DNA from: Diplonema japonicum
Lineage: Eukaryota; Protista; Euglenozoa: Diplonemea
Direction of reading: 5' to 3'
NCBI GenBank assembly: GCA_964019335.1
Contig: OZ025696.1
Span: forward strand, 474,244-538,243
DNA length: 64,000 nucleotides
The notes below the pieces were generated by a model. That model saw only the letters and a list, made by a program, of their open reading frames with translations. It was not told the DNA's origin and ran no database searches. The position numbers and the translations under genes were made by a program. Positions 53,082 through 64,000 of this stretch are shown here, piece after piece; position 1 is the stretch's first letter, and every line of letters starts with the position of its first letter.

Positions 53082-54731
53082 TTTCTTTTTCTTTTTCTTT
53101 TCCCCACTTCCCTACCTTTTTCTCCCCTCCTACCTGTTCTTCCAAAAAAAAAGGGGGGGGGAGACGATGGAAAAGATAACAACAAACGGTGGAGGATAAT
53201 AGAAGAAGAAAGTTGTCATTAACTTTCTTCCCCCCCTCTTTTGTAGCCCCTCCTTTTTTTTCCTTCTTTTTCTTCTTTACTGTCAATTATAACCTTTGCT
53301 GCTTCGATGAGGTTTAAACTTTTCTTCTTCTTTTCCCCCTTTCCCTTTCTTTCTTTCTTCCTCCTCCTCTTTCCGTTGTGTCTTCACGATGCATGGTATT
53401 GCAGCTTGCACTGATCATTCGCTCTTTATCTTTTTGGGGAAAGTCGTCAGTACAAGTGCGGACTACTTACTAGTGATGGGTCTAACAAGACTAAGGTAAA
53501 GCCGTGTACTCACCCAATCGGTTTTCTTAAACATTTTACCGTCTTTCGTCGACTAGGAGCACCCATTGAAACGGAGCAATTCCAGCAGTTTGAATGCACA
53601 ACGATGCGAGACATGCACAACTCAAGTGGGGTAGGAGGCCCCTTTTTTTTCCCCCTTTCTTTTTTTTTTTTCTTTTTTCCTTAAATTGAGAGAACCGTTG
53701 TAGTTGTGAGACAGAAAGGATGAGATAAAGCGGAACGTAGGGAAGGAAAAAATAAAAAAAAAAAAAAGAAGAAGAAGAAGGCGGACAAAAGAAAATGAAG
53801 GTGTTATGTGTAATGTAAACCTAAGCAAGAGAATGGAACTGAACAAATGAAGGTCTTTGATGCTTGGTTTCCCCCCCCCCTTTTTTTTCCCCTTCCGAGA
53901 GGATTCTTAAGGTGATGTAACTTTTGGCGACTGTGAATCTGTAATGTTGGTAATAGGTTTTTGTTGCCCCAGATTTCTTTTTTTTTCCTCCTCCACTTAA
54001 AAAAAAAGTTGGTATTCATCAAGTTTTCTCATTTTCTTTTCCCCCCCCCCATTTTTTTCCCGTGCGCTCGCTACGATACGTGAGTATTGCATTGCTCTCT
54101 CTCTCAAACCTGTTTCAAGTGATGAGGGAGGATTAGTTAGTGCATTAAGCATGTTTACTTAAAAACCTTATTCTCCCCTTCTGGTGGTACGGATATTTAC
54201 CCTCCTTTTTGTTCTCTCCTGGCATCCCCCCTTAATTGTTCGAGGACTCCATTCTCTCCATTGTTGGATGTAAAAAAGAAACCTTCTTTTGCGTGGTAGC
54301 TATCATTGTGAAACTTCTTCTGTCGCCTTTCTTTTTTTTTTTTCTTCTTCTTTCTTCTTCTTTTTCTTTTTCCTCCCCTCCTTTTCCTCTTTTCATTCTC
54401 CTGCTGTCCTTGTTCTCTATTCTTATATCTTTCTCTCTTTTTATTTCCCCCTGTCACATGTCCTTCATGGTACGCTTTGGAGCCGACGGTGGTGGTCGTG
54501 CAGAGCGCAGCTACCTTGTGGTATTCTTTAATTTTTTCTTTCTTTTTTCCTTTCTTTTTTTTTCTTTCTTCCATTATTTCTATTTCCACTTCCTCTCTCT
54601 TTGTTAAATCCTCTCTCTTTCCTGCTGTTTTAAGGGAAACCAAAATGCCTTTTTATTTTATTTACCCTCCCTATTTTCCATTACCAGAAAAAGTACACCA
54701 TCACAGGACTTCAAAAAAAGAAGAACAAAAA

Positions 54732-55475
54732 ATGAGTGGTTACCCTCCTCCTCCAAGCGGTTACCCCCAGCAGGGTGGGTACCCCCCTGCCCCTGCCCAG
54801 GGTGGCTATCCACCTGTCCCGGGGGTTCCTTTTGCTCCTCCAGCTCAAGGAGGTTATCCCCCTGCGCAGGCACAACAAGGAGGTTACCCTCCTGCGCAAG
54901 GGGGCTATCCTCCTGCACCTGGTGGGTACCCGCCCCCGCAGGGGGGTGGCTACCCTCCTCAGGACGCAGGCTACCCCCCACAGCAGGGTGGCTATCCTCC
55001 TCAGCAGGGTGGCTACCCTCCTCAAGATGCAAGTTACCCGCCACAGGGTGGTTACCCCCCTGTAGGTGGTTACCCCCCTGCGCCTGGTGGTTACCCCCCT
55101 GCATCTTGTGGCCCCCCGACGAGTGGCGACAGCGACTCTAAGTGGGTGATCGAGGCACCCGATGGCACACAGGTCGAGATCTCGGAGCAGGAGGCGATGG
55201 GCGCAGGTGGGGAGGGGCACAACTACGAGAAGCAGATCTCCACCAATGGTGCACAGGACCGTGGCAGTGGTAGTGATCGTGGGATCGGGAAGCTGCTGCT
55301 GGGTGCCGCCGCTGCAGGGCTTGCCTTCTATCTTATTAGAGGTGTCATCAAGAAAATCAAGAAAAAGGTCAAGAAGGGTAAGAAATCCAAGAAGAGCCGT
55401 TCCTACAGCTCCAGCTCCGGCTCCAGTTCTAGTTCCAGCTCCAGTTCTAGTTCCAGCAGCTCCAGCTCCTCATAG
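54732..55475 (+). CDS. GYPP-repeat Pro/Gly/Gln-rich protein with hydrophobic segment and Lys-rich/poly-Ser tail (paralogue 1)
   Basis: (GGYPPQQ)n; [20 protein letters not shown]; [15 protein letters not shown]; probable ATG at 54732. Confidence 0.85.
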   Translation: MSGYPPPPSGYPQQGGYPPAPAQGGYPPVPGVPFAPPAQGGYPPAQAQQGGYPPAQGGYPPAPGGYPPPQGGGYPPQDAGYPPQQGGYPPQQGGYPPQDASYPPQGGYPPVGGYPPAPGGYPPASCGPPTSGDSDSKWVIEAPDGTQVEISEQEAMGAGGEGHNYEKQISTNGAQDRGSGSDRGIGKLLLGAAAAGLAFYLIRGVIKKIKKKVKKGKKSKKSRSYSSSSGSSSSSSSSSSSSSSSSS

Positions 55476-56405
55476 ATAGTGGGAGGCAAGAGTGTTTGCA
55501 CTTGTTGACGATGCAATCGGCTTGTTTGTAGACTGGGGATCTATCTTTGCTTTGTTCAGGAAAAAAAAGAAAGAAAAAAAAAAAAAGGAAGAAAAAAAAA
55601 GAGGGAACAAAACCTGTAAACCCTTAATTACGGGACGGTTAAGAGAAGAAAACAAAGAAATGTGCATCTTTTCGGACTTCAGTGAGTTTTTTTTTTGTTT
55701 ATTGTTACTTTGTGATGCGCGAATATTTCTTTTCTTACCCCCCCCCCCCCCATTATCTCGGGACAACATTAAGAATGGTACTGGGACTGCTCAGAAAACG
55801 TGCATGTCGGCACACATTCTCTAAGTAATCGAGGATACTTTCAAGAGGTTTGCAGCACATTCAATTCATGGAATTGACCCCCCCCCCCCCCCCCCCCCGA
55901 CTCTTCCGAAATTGTGAATCAGCGAGTACGTGGAAATTGAGAGCAAAAAGAAAGAAAAAAAAAAAGAGACAGCCCCCCTTGTGGCGTGATATGAAAAGTC
56001 ATTTACTACCGCCAAGGAGTTTATTACTCGTTTGGCAGTTTTCTTTGTTTCACATTTTTCTTTCTTTATCCCCATACAAAGAAGAAATGTGTCGATACTT
56101 TCTACCTCCCTTCTTGAGCTTCAACCATTAGTTGATCAATGCGAAGGATGCTTAGTGTTCCAAAGCAATGGTCGGGTGGTAAGTTCACTGATACAACACC
56201 TTTACAGAAAAAAAAGATGTAAGAAGAAATGTCTGTGTTATCAGTGTTTTCCTTTTCATCTATTTTTCTTGCATGCCGTCACTTTGTGCTCCCTCCCTTT
56301 TCTCGGTTCTCCCTTTTTATTTTAAATTTATTTTTATATTATTTACACCTTTCTTCCCTTCAGCAGTAACACCACACATTAGGATTTCTTTTCACACTTT
56401 AAACA

Positions 56406-57113
56406 ATGGACGGTTACCCTCCTCCTCCAGGTGGCGCAGGTGGCTACCCTCCTCAGCAAGGCGGCTACCCCCCTGCACAGGGTGGCTACCCCCCTGCGCA
56501 GGCACAACAAGGAGGTTACCCTCCTGCGCAAGGGGGCTATCCTCCTGCACCTGGTGGGTACCCGCCCCCGCAGGGGGGTGGCTACCCTCCTCAGGACGCA
56601 GGCTACCCCCCACAGCAGGGTGGCTATCCTCCTCAGCAGGGTGGCTACCCTCCGCAGCAGGGTGGCTACCCCCCACAGCAAGGGGGTTACCCTCCGCAGC
56701 AGGGTGGCTACCCTCAGCAGGGTGGCTACTCCATGGGCGGCGACAGCGAGTTCAAGTGGGTGATTGAGGCACCCGATGGCACACAGGTCGAGATCTCGGA
56801 GCAGGAGGCGATGGGCGCAGGTGGGGAGGGGCACAACTACGAGAAGCAGATCCCCACCGATGGTGCACAGGACCGCGCCATGGGGGGTGATGGTGATCGT
56901 GGGATCGGGAAGCTGCTGCTGGGTGCCGCCGCCGCCGGGCTTGCCTTCTATCTTATTAGAGGTATCATTAAGAAGATTAGGAACAAGAAGGGAAAGAAGG
57001 ACAAGAAGGGCAAGAAGGGAAAGAAGGACAAGAAGAGCAAGAAGGGCAAAAAGTCCAAGAAGCGAAGCCACTCCGACAGCTCCAGCAGCAGCAGCGGCAG
57101 TAGCAGCTCGTAA
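56406..57113 (+). CDS. GYPP-repeat protein (paralogue 2)
   Basis: Same architecture; long near-identical nucleotide blocks shared with 54732-55475. Confidence 0.88.
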   Translation: MDGYPPPPGGAGGYPPQQGGYPPAQGGYPPAQAQQGGYPPAQGGYPPAPGGYPPPQGGGYPPQDAGYPPQQGGYPPQQGGYPPQQGGYPPQQGGYPPQQGGYPQQGGYSMGGDSEFKWVIEAPDGTQVEISEQEAMGAGGEGHNYEKQIPTDGAQDRAMGGDGDRGIGKLLLGAAAAGLAFYLIRGIIKKIRNKKGKKDKKGKKGKKDKKSKKGKKSKKRSHSDSSSSSSGSSSS

Positions 57114-57838
57114 AATCTTTTTGAAAAACAAAAAAGAAAGAGGGGAAAAAAAAGAAAAATAAAACTTTTTAATAAGTTGATATGTGCACCCCTTCACCCC
57201 TTGTTTTTTGTTTTTGCCCCCCCCCCCCCCCGTTTTTTCTGCCTTGTGTGTTTTATTAATTTATCCACTTCACCCCATTGCTTTGAACAAAAAAAAAAAA
57301 AAAAAAAAAGGAAAAAAAAAAGCGAAACCAAAATCTTTTCTTCCACTTTTCTCTTTTTTTTCGATCATTCGCTCTTTTCTGTGAATGTTTGGGAAAAGAG
57401 GTTCCTCTTAAGAAACTCCCCATATTCTTTTTTTTTTTTCGGAGGAAAAAAAAAAAATAAGTGTAAGGGAACACTAACAAGGATAATCCTCCCAAGAAGA
57501 AGCAAAAAAAAAAAAAAAAAAAAAAAAAAATAAATAAAAAAAATAGAAATGTGACGAAATGAGGCGAGAAGGAAAAAGAAAAGATAACAACGTTTGCACA
57601 AGTGTACGCCCCCCCTTTCCATCCCCACCTTACTTTTGCATCCTCCCTCTTATTTCATCTTCTTTTATTTCTTACCCTTTCTCTCAGATTTTTGCACTTT
57701 TTTTAAATTTTAATTTTCTCTTTTTTGCTTTACCATATGCATTTCAAAAGAAAAGTGTTCACGTGCGTCCACATTCCTGATATGGATTTATGAATAAAAA
57801 AAAAGAGAACAAAGTGAAAAAAAAAAAAAAATAAGGGA

Positions 57839-58054
57839 ATGAACAAAGAAAATACATCGCAAGTCCCCATGGCAGCCCGCACGGCACGGGCAGAGAGCAC
57901 CCCCATGTCGAGCATCCACGAGGAGTTAGCACAGGTAGAAGGCCTTCTCGATGAAGCAGCGGACAAGGCGAGAGAAGTGCGTTCGAGACAGATGGGAATC
58001 AACGAGAAATGGTGTGCAGTGGAGCACACGTTAGTGAGGGACGCGCAAGGGTGA
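57839..58054 (+). CDS. Small hypothetical helical protein (71 aa)
   Basis: Coding-like GC island with MNKEN start and amphipathic helix; stop is 48 nt before the next ATG. Confidence 0.45.
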   Translation: MNKENTSQVPMAARTARAESTPMSSIHEELAQVEGLLDEAADKAREVRSRQMGINEKWCAVEHTLVRDAQG

Positions 58055-58102
58055 ATTTCTCCCGTCTTTTCTTCTTTTCTCACTTCACACCACCAACAGG
58101 CA

Positions 58103-59104
58103 ATGGGAGAGGTAATGCAGGTAGCCAATGTGCTTGCCACTGCGGCCGACCTGGAAAACGGCGAGACCTCCAACCAGCTTGCCACCGTCCAGGGTGTGAC
58201 TGTAGTACGAAAGAAAGAGCTCAGTCAAGGCCTTTGCATCTTGACAGTAGCAAAGCCCAGCAACACCTTCCTTACAATTGTCGTGAAGCAAGAAAATCTC
58301 CCTCATGCAAGTGTGAAGAGCATCACTCGCGAGGCAGGTGTTGGGGCTGAGATCACTGCTACAGGGTACATAGAAAAGTCCCCCCGAGGCGTTCCAGGAG
58401 TCCTTTGCACCCAGCCCTTGATAGTCACAACCGGCAGCACATCCACCAGAACAGGACAGGGCCATGTCACTACGTTAGAACGGAGCGAGTGCCGTCTGGG
58501 TGTCGACTGCCCTCACCAAGAAAGCTGCCCCTTCACCCATTCCAAGTCCCCCCCTCCGAAGGGAGTCTCAAAGAAGACACGCTTTGATGCCGTCTGCTCG
58601 TTTATTCTTAAGAAGCTGCCTGTGACGGATTTAGAAAAAGGTTCTGTGCTGGACATCGCAGGGGGCAAGGGGTACTTGTCGTTGTGTTTAGCATCTGCAG
58701 CACCCAGTTTGGAGTGCATTATTGTGGACCCTGCGAACAATGCGCGTGGAGCAGCGCACCGTTCGAAGGTACGCGAGGCAGGTGTGTCGCGGATGGCAGC
58801 AAGCGGTGCACTGCCGGAAGACCTGCTTGCATCGTGTTCGTGCCTTGTGGGCATCCACCCTGACGAGGCGACTGACGACGTCGTGCTGTACGCCCTCAGA
58901 CACAAGAAGCCATTCTTTGTCGTTCCTTGCTGTGTCTTCCCCACCAAGTTCACTCACCGCAAGCTGGCAGACGGCAGCCCAGTTCTTACCCGCCCTGACC
59001 TCCTCCTCTACCTGACTGAGCGCTGCCACGAGGCGCACCGCCAGGCCACCGTCGAGAGGCTTGGCTTCCAAGGTGCTGACGAGATCCTCTACTCGCTTGC
59101 CTGA
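58103..59104 (+). CDS. OB-fold-like + CCCH zinc finger + class I SAM methyltransferase
   Basis: CRLGVDCPHQESCPFTH; VLDIAGGKGYLS; IVDP; LVGIHPDEATD...KPFFVVPCCVFP. Confidence 0.82.
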   Translation: MGEVMQVANVLATAADLENGETSNQLATVQGVTVVRKKELSQGLCILTVAKPSNTFLTIVVKQENLPHASVKSITREAGVGAEITATGYIEKSPRGVPGVLCTQPLIVTTGSTSTRTGQGHVTTLERSECRLGVDCPHQESCPFTHSKSPPPKGVSKKTRFDAVCSFILKKLPVTDLEKGSVLDIAGGKGYLSLCLASAAPSLECIIVDPANNARGAAHRSKVREAGVSRMAASGALPEDLLASCSCLVGIHPDEATDDVVLYALRHKKPFFVVPCCVFPTKFTHRKLADGSPVLTRPDLLLYLTERCHEAHRQATVERLGFQGADEILYSLA

Positions 59105-59242
59105 GGCTTCTGCGGAAAGTTCTTTCATTGCTTCCTTATTTTGGAGCCCAGAAGAAGCCGAACAGGGCAATAAAAGTCGCCTCTCTTTATATCTTCATGC
59201 TTTTCTCTTTCTATTATCAAACGGTATTATCACAGTGGTAAA

Positions 59243-60262
59243 ATGTTAGCGCTCACGATGACCGCCGCAGCATTGGGCTGCGTCCCCCCCGGGCAATGCA
59301 CTCCGCCCTCTGCCACCACGTCGCGCGTTTTCCCTATGCACCCGAGGAAGCAGTGGGGGAATGCTGGGGGGTTCTGCGGGAGTCTGTCCGTGCAGTCCAA
59401 CGCGTTGATGTTCGGGAACTACATCTCGCAGGACCAGGTGAGGAAGGCGACGGATCACGGGCAGGGCCACGGGTCGGTGACGAAGGGGTTCGAGATCCTG
59501 CCGACGAACATCGAGCAGGCGATGGGGAACCTCGCGCTGACCTACGACAGCTGGGACTACAACGCGACGAAGCCGCAGGCGACCGCGTACAAGAACTGGA
59601 TGAAGGCGCACCTGATGAACATGCACCCAGTGGTGTGGTTTGTCATGTGCAAGGGTGACGGGGACCAGGTCCCGTACCCAGGGTCGAACCCGAACGGGGG
59701 GAGGTTCAGCCACATCGAACCCGTGTGGGGGGTCTTCACGAATCATTCCCCTTCCGACCCAACGGCCTACGACGACGACTGGCTGGTACACGGGTCAGAC
59801 TGGGACCAGTTCGGGTACTACAGACCCTTCCACACACTGGTGGACGAGCCCACCATGGATGGGAACTGCAAAAACGCAGGGACTCACGTCGGTACCAACG
59901 AAGCGTACCCCTGCATCTACTCCCAGGTGGACTACGGCTACGCCATCACAGGGAACATGGACCCCACGAATGTGACGTTCCCCGCAATGCTCTCTGTGGA
60001 CAGCTATGAAGAGCCCAACGTCAGTGAGGGCGCTCCCCCCAAGCCTGTGAAGGGAACCCTCACCGTCTCCAAGTTGACCCCTGGCTCGAAGTACGTTATC
60101 TACCGCTACAAGGGCAAGGAGAACGTCCCGCGTGAGTCGCCCTTCAACAAGAACTTCGAGTCCTCTCATCAGTTCACTGCCCAGCACTCCACTTATGTCT
60201 TTGCGGACCCCACCACCTTCATGTCGGATACGGCAACCTACTACAGGGTCATTGCAGCCTAG
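59243..60262 (+). CDS. Secreted protein, possible papain/C39-like fold
   Basis: Signal peptide; QW...GFCG.LS.Q..AL..G..ISQ..VR; SHIEPV; C-terminal beta-sandwich-like segment. Confidence 0.8.
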   Translation: MLALTMTAAALGCVPPGQCTPPSATTSRVFPMHPRKQWGNAGGFCGSLSVQSNALMFGNYISQDQVRKATDHGQGHGSVTKGFEILPTNIEQAMGNLALTYDSWDYNATKPQATAYKNWMKAHLMNMHPVVWFVMCKGDGDQVPYPGSNPNGGRFSHIEPVWGVFTNHSPSDPTAYDDDWLVHGSDWDQFGYYRPFHTLVDEPTMDGNCKNAGTHVGTNEAYPCIYSQVDYGYAITGNMDPTNVTFPAMLSVDSYEEPNVSEGAPPKPVKGTLTVSKLTPGSKYVIYRYKGKENVPRESPFNKNFESSHQFTAQHSTYVFADPTTFMSDTATYYRVIAA

Positions 60263-60880
60263 ATTGTTTGGTTTAGAAAAGGGGAGAAAGAATATGAGTT
60301 GAATGGGCCGTGGCATCGTGTGATTGTGTGTTGACCCCTCCTCCCCCATTTTTTGTTCTTTTGTTTTTGCTGAGGAAAAGCTTTGCGAAAGAGAAAGACC
60401 ACGTTGCCCTTTAAAAAAAAACTATTCCCAGGAAAAAGCCCCCTCCCCCCATACTTTTCCCATTATGAACCCCCCCCTTTTTTAAATGTTTTATTCCTGG
60501 GTGCCAGCACAGTGCGATAGGCGAATGTGCAGGGTCAGATTTATTCTTTTTTCTTCATAACATGATGACGTGAATAGTCGATGCATGTACCTTGCACCAC
60601 AACAGGTTGCACGCGTTAAACGGAAGATGAACCGTATTTACTTATCAAAAATCTTAAGTATACGACCCCTCGCCGGAGGTGGGAATAGAGGCCACTATTC
60701 AATTTAAAGTCCTGAGAAGAAAAAAAAAAAAAAAAAAAAAAAAAAACGTTCTCTCTTTTTTATTTATTTATTTCTCCCCTTTCGATCTCTCGCTACAATG
60801 TCACCCAAAGACACAGGTAAGGAAGGGGAGAAAACAAAAAAAGAAAATAAAGAAACAGAAAATGTGTCGATGAAAAAGTA

Positions 60881-62347
60881 ATGAGCGCAGCTGAGACATG
60901 GCGCCCCGGTCAGAAATACCCACGGGGGTACAGGCCAGAGCCTGTACGCATCCCAGACTGGATGAAGTGGCGCGTTGGTGAGGCGTACGAAATGTTGGAA
61001 ATAGAAAAAATCAGTAGAAAAGGAAAACGGCAGCCGAGGGTGATCGCTGTAGGCAAGGGGCATCTTTTCGTCGCGAAAAAGACGGGACGGTGCAGGAGGA
61101 TACCACTGTCGGACATAAAGAGCGTGCGGTACCATGAGTCGACACTGCAGGAAACGCTTTTTGCAGTACACATGCGAACTGGCGAGCGCGACTGCAGATG
61201 GGCCATCGCCACACCACGTGTCGACTTCAAGTTTGTTCTAGCCATCAACTTTCTCAGAGAACACGGCACTGTCGCAACCCTCCTTCCAGTTGTAAAGGAT
61301 CCATTGTACAACTACGTAAAACCGTTATCATTAGGAACCACAACACCAACACCATCATCTTTTGGAGGTTCTACTACGCCGCCAGCAAGCGGTGCACCAC
61401 AGTGGCGCGAGGCAGTTGTCCCTACAGCGACGACACCGCATACCCCGATGACGGTCGTTGTGAAGTCACCGTATCGTGAGTACCTCAAAAGGTGTGTTGT
61501 GAAGGGGATGACGTTAGTGGATGGCCCTGCTGAAGTGCGGGCTGGTATAGGGCTCAGCATCACACATGTGAATGAGATCCCAGTCGCGACGCTGTTTGAC
61601 GAGAGGGCCGTCGACAGCACGGAGCGCATACAGAGCTGCTTCACATTCCGGTTTGATGTCCACGATACAGCTGTCGTGGCGAAGCCCCCTGCAGCCGTGT
61701 CGCTAGGCTTGTCGTGCACGTCGGACAGCTTGCAGATCGCGTCTGTTGCGGTGGGAAGCCCTGCGTGTCGGGGGGGCGCCATGCCGTTTGCAGGGTATGC
61801 GGTAGCCAGTGTGAATGGTGTTGCCGTGAAGAGCCGTAAGGACTTGGAACAGGCGATCAAGACATCCGGTGACGAGGTGAAGCTGAGGTTCAAACTGTCC
61901 AACACGGTGACTGTTAGAATGCTGCCTGGAAAGGATTTGGGAATGAGGCTGAACCCGCAGTCCATCGTCACAGCGGTGGACAAGGGCAGCCCTGCATACG
62001 CCTTTGGCGTTCCTCATTTCATCGGTAGAAAGCTACTCTACATTAACTACAAAGCTCTCCCCGAAGGTCTTCACCTCCTCTCGCGACCCTTAGACAGGAT
62101 AGATCTTGTGTTTGCAGACGTTGTTTCTCCTACGCTTACCCCTGTTCCTGTTCCTGTTCCTGTTCCTATCCTTACCCCTACCCCTGTCTCTATCCTTATC
62201 CCCACCCCTATTCCATTGCCCTCTGTCTCTATTGCGGCTCTCACGCCACCGTCTTGTTTGTCCACGCCATTTCTCACGAACCTTTCTGGGATGGGTAATG
62301 GGTCGATGTGTCTTAAAAGTACTCCTTCACTGAGCTGCGAGTTGTAA
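60881..62347 (+). CDS. PH-like (myosin-I TH1-type) N-terminus + 2-3 PDZ-like domains + Pro-rich tail
   Basis: KISRKGKRQPRVIAV..RIPLSDIKSV; LGLS...IASVAVGSPA...VASVNG; LGMRL...VTAVDKGSPA. Confidence 0.75.
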   Translation: MSAAETWRPGQKYPRGYRPEPVRIPDWMKWRVGEAYEMLEIEKISRKGKRQPRVIAVGKGHLFVAKKTGRCRRIPLSDIKSVRYHESTLQETLFAVHMRTGERDCRWAIATPRVDFKFVLAINFLREHGTVATLLPVVKDPLYNYVKPLSLGTTTPTPSSFGGSTTPPASGAPQWREAVVPTATTPHTPMTVVVKSPYREYLKRCVVKGMTLVDGPAEVRAGIGLSITHVNEIPVATLFDERAVDSTERIQSCFTFRFDVHDTAVVAKPPAAVSLGLSCTSDSLQIASVAVGSPACRGGAMPFAGYAVASVNGVAVKSRKDLEQAIKTSGDEVKLRFKLSNTVTVRMLPGKDLGMRLNPQSIVTAVDKGSPAYAFGVPHFIGRKLLYINYKALPEGLHLLSRPLDRIDLVFADVVSPTLTPVPVPVPVPILTPTPVSILIPTPIPLPSVSIAALTPPSCLSTPFLTNLSGMGNGSMCLKSTPSLSCEL

Positions 62348-62653
62348 AAAAAGAAAAAGAAAGAAAAAGGGGGCGAAGGGCAGTCACTAAGACAGTCGAT
62401 TGGTAGTTTAGCCCGATTTCACAGTTAAAGCACCACACAGGGCTATTATGGGTTCTATTTACGGACAACTTCTCCAACCTAAGTAGACTGGTCCTTCTGG
62501 TCCTAAGCTTTGAAAATGCGATATTTGAACCGCTTGCGAGCCCCTATTTGTCCCTTACTATTTGAGGAAGGACTTTTTGAGCTAGACTCTGTTTTTCGGC
62601 AAACCAAGGGATGAAAAGACTAGTTTAGTGCTTCATTTGTTTGTGTCACGGGT

Positions 62654-62712
62654 ATTTTACCTAATAAAATAACCCATCAACTAGTTTTTTAGTTTCGATA
62701 ATAATATTGTTT
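62654..62712 (-). repeat. Dispersed repeat shared with ~28472-28539
   Basis: ATTTTACCTAATAAAAT..CCATCAACTAGTTTTT..CGA.AATAATATTGTT is the reverse complement of the 28.5-kb segment with an internal deletion. Confidence 0.7.
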
Positions 62713-63566
62713 CAACAAAATAAACAGAAAAAAAGAAAAGAAATGTACAAACCCCTTGCAGTTGAAGTGACTTGAATGTGTCATGAGCAGCACTGGTGAC
62801 GACACCAGGAGGTGTTGATCGTGCATGTGGCTGTTTTGTGAAAACGGCCCGAAATTACATTTGGTTTACCTCAAACCCCCTTTTTTGTATCTTGTGCGAA
62901 TAGGAAAATGAAAATGAAAGAAGAAGAAAAAGAAACCGATCCTTGAGAAGCAAAAGAAAGAAAAAAAGGGAAAAAAAAAGAAAAAAAAAAAAAAAAAAAA
63001 AAACGATAAAGTTTCAGGAAAAAAAAAGAAGAACAGTACCGCGGCAACCCCCATTGTTTTTACGGTTGTCCGGATTTTCTTTCCCCCTTTCTTCCGAACT
63101 TATCACGGGCATTTTTCTTCAACAAAACTCCTCGCAGCTGCAGAATGCGCAGAAAAATGGAGAAAATGCTTTTTCGCGTTTTTCTTTTGGACCACCTAAG
63201 GGTTGACAGTTTTCTTCGTTTAGGCTCTTTAAAGGTCTGCATACGTGCACTTCGGTAGCGACATGCTATCTTCAGAGTTGCATCGAATGCCCTGTGTTTA
63301 GGAAAAGAACGGGGAGTAGAACTCTTCTTTTGTAAGGAGATAAAAAGATCTTCTGTTCTTTCTTTTCTTCACCCCCCCCCCCTTTTTTTGTGATATCAGT
63401 TGGTTGCCAGTACTGACCTTTCCATCCCACTTTGGAGGAGAGGTTTGAGTTTTCTTTTGATGCGTCTCGTTACATGCAAGTTATTAAGGGTGCAGAGGTT
63501 TTGTGATGTGGTCATCAGCGCGTCTGTGTCTTGTTCTCATACCCCCCCCCCCCCCCCCCCCCCCCC

Positions 63567-63940
63567 CAGGGCTATGCTGGCATGGAAACGCGTTTCCATG
63601 CATTTTTTGAAAAAAAGGGAAACGGAAACGGCAACGTTTCCCTATTTTGGGGCCGTTTCCTTGGGGCAGAAACGTTTCCTTATTTTGGGGGTTTTAGAGA
63701 CTTATTTTTTTGGGGGCAAATCACTCGGAAGAAATATACGAGACAAAGGGGGCCAGTGTTGGTGGCGCCCTGGGGAAATCTTCTGGGTTTCGATGAAGGA
63801 TGCGATTGTGGCATCCATTTTTTGAACAGCGTCGTCAACTGGCCTTCCGCTCAGAGCTTTCCTGTCCGGTAGCTCGTACGTGGCCCCGAGCGGAAGGCGC
63901 TTCACCTTCTCAAACAGTGCCTTGAATGTTCTGTGAACAG
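63567..63940 (-). mobile_element. hAT-like element end with a transposase fragment; other end probably beyond the window
   Basis: Terminus CAGGGCT with GAAAC/GTTTCC subterminal repeats (63585-63690); minus-strand VHRTFKALFEKV...YELPDRKALSGR resembles the hAT F..L...Y.LPSR..LS motif. Confidence 0.55.
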
Positions 63941-64000
63941 AAAATATGAGAGGACACGAAACAGATAAACATCATGTTCGACCCTCAAAAATGGGGTCCC

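Noticed and set aside
55370-55475. Silaffin-like biosilicification peptide in the Lys/Ser tail
   Set aside because: No signal peptide or RXL processing repeats; compositional resemblance only

Overview
Eukaryotic protist DNA, most likely a euglenozoan (probably a diplonemid; inferred). Evidence: GC-rich, essentially intron-less ORFs in same-strand clusters, homopolymer-rich spacers, polypyrimidine+AG acceptors just upstream of many ATGs, trypanosome-type receptor adenylate cyclases and an ingi-like LINE relic. All supported genes from 1 to 23.6 kb are on the minus strand and all from 31.6 to 62.3 kb are on the plus strand. The ~8 kb divergent strand switch between them is filled with nested transposon relics, a shuffled repeat array, a Pol III-box hairpin and an RBM39-type RRM pseudogene fragment. 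The main biological theme is cAMP signalling built from bacterial-type sensor domains. (i) A tandem array of at least 3 receptor adenylate cyclases carries a Bmp/PnrA-like (purine-nucleoside-binding) ectodomain, Cys-rich repeats, one TM, an active cyclase and a dead second cyclase; the copies are patchwork-homogenised and each has a 3-codon uORF overlapping its start (AUGA). (ii) A 2337-aa TmcB-like polytopic protein has NarX/PilJ P-box-like and MCP-like sensor segments and a cyclase lacking its first metal Asp, preceded by a stand-alone paralogue of its N-terminal membrane block. Other genes: discoidin-BTB, a signal-anchored GDPGP1/VTC2-like HIT phosphorylase, a Ctr copper transporter with a Met/Cys-rich ectodomain, ankyrin, FkbM methyltransferase, PhyH dioxygenase, TMEM170-like, ferric reductase, two GYPP-repeat paralogues, CCCH-methyltransferase, secreted proteins and a PH/PDZ-like protein. 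Degenerate piggyBac, hAT and MITE elements are also present. Family calls rest on motif recognition by eye; no database search was run.
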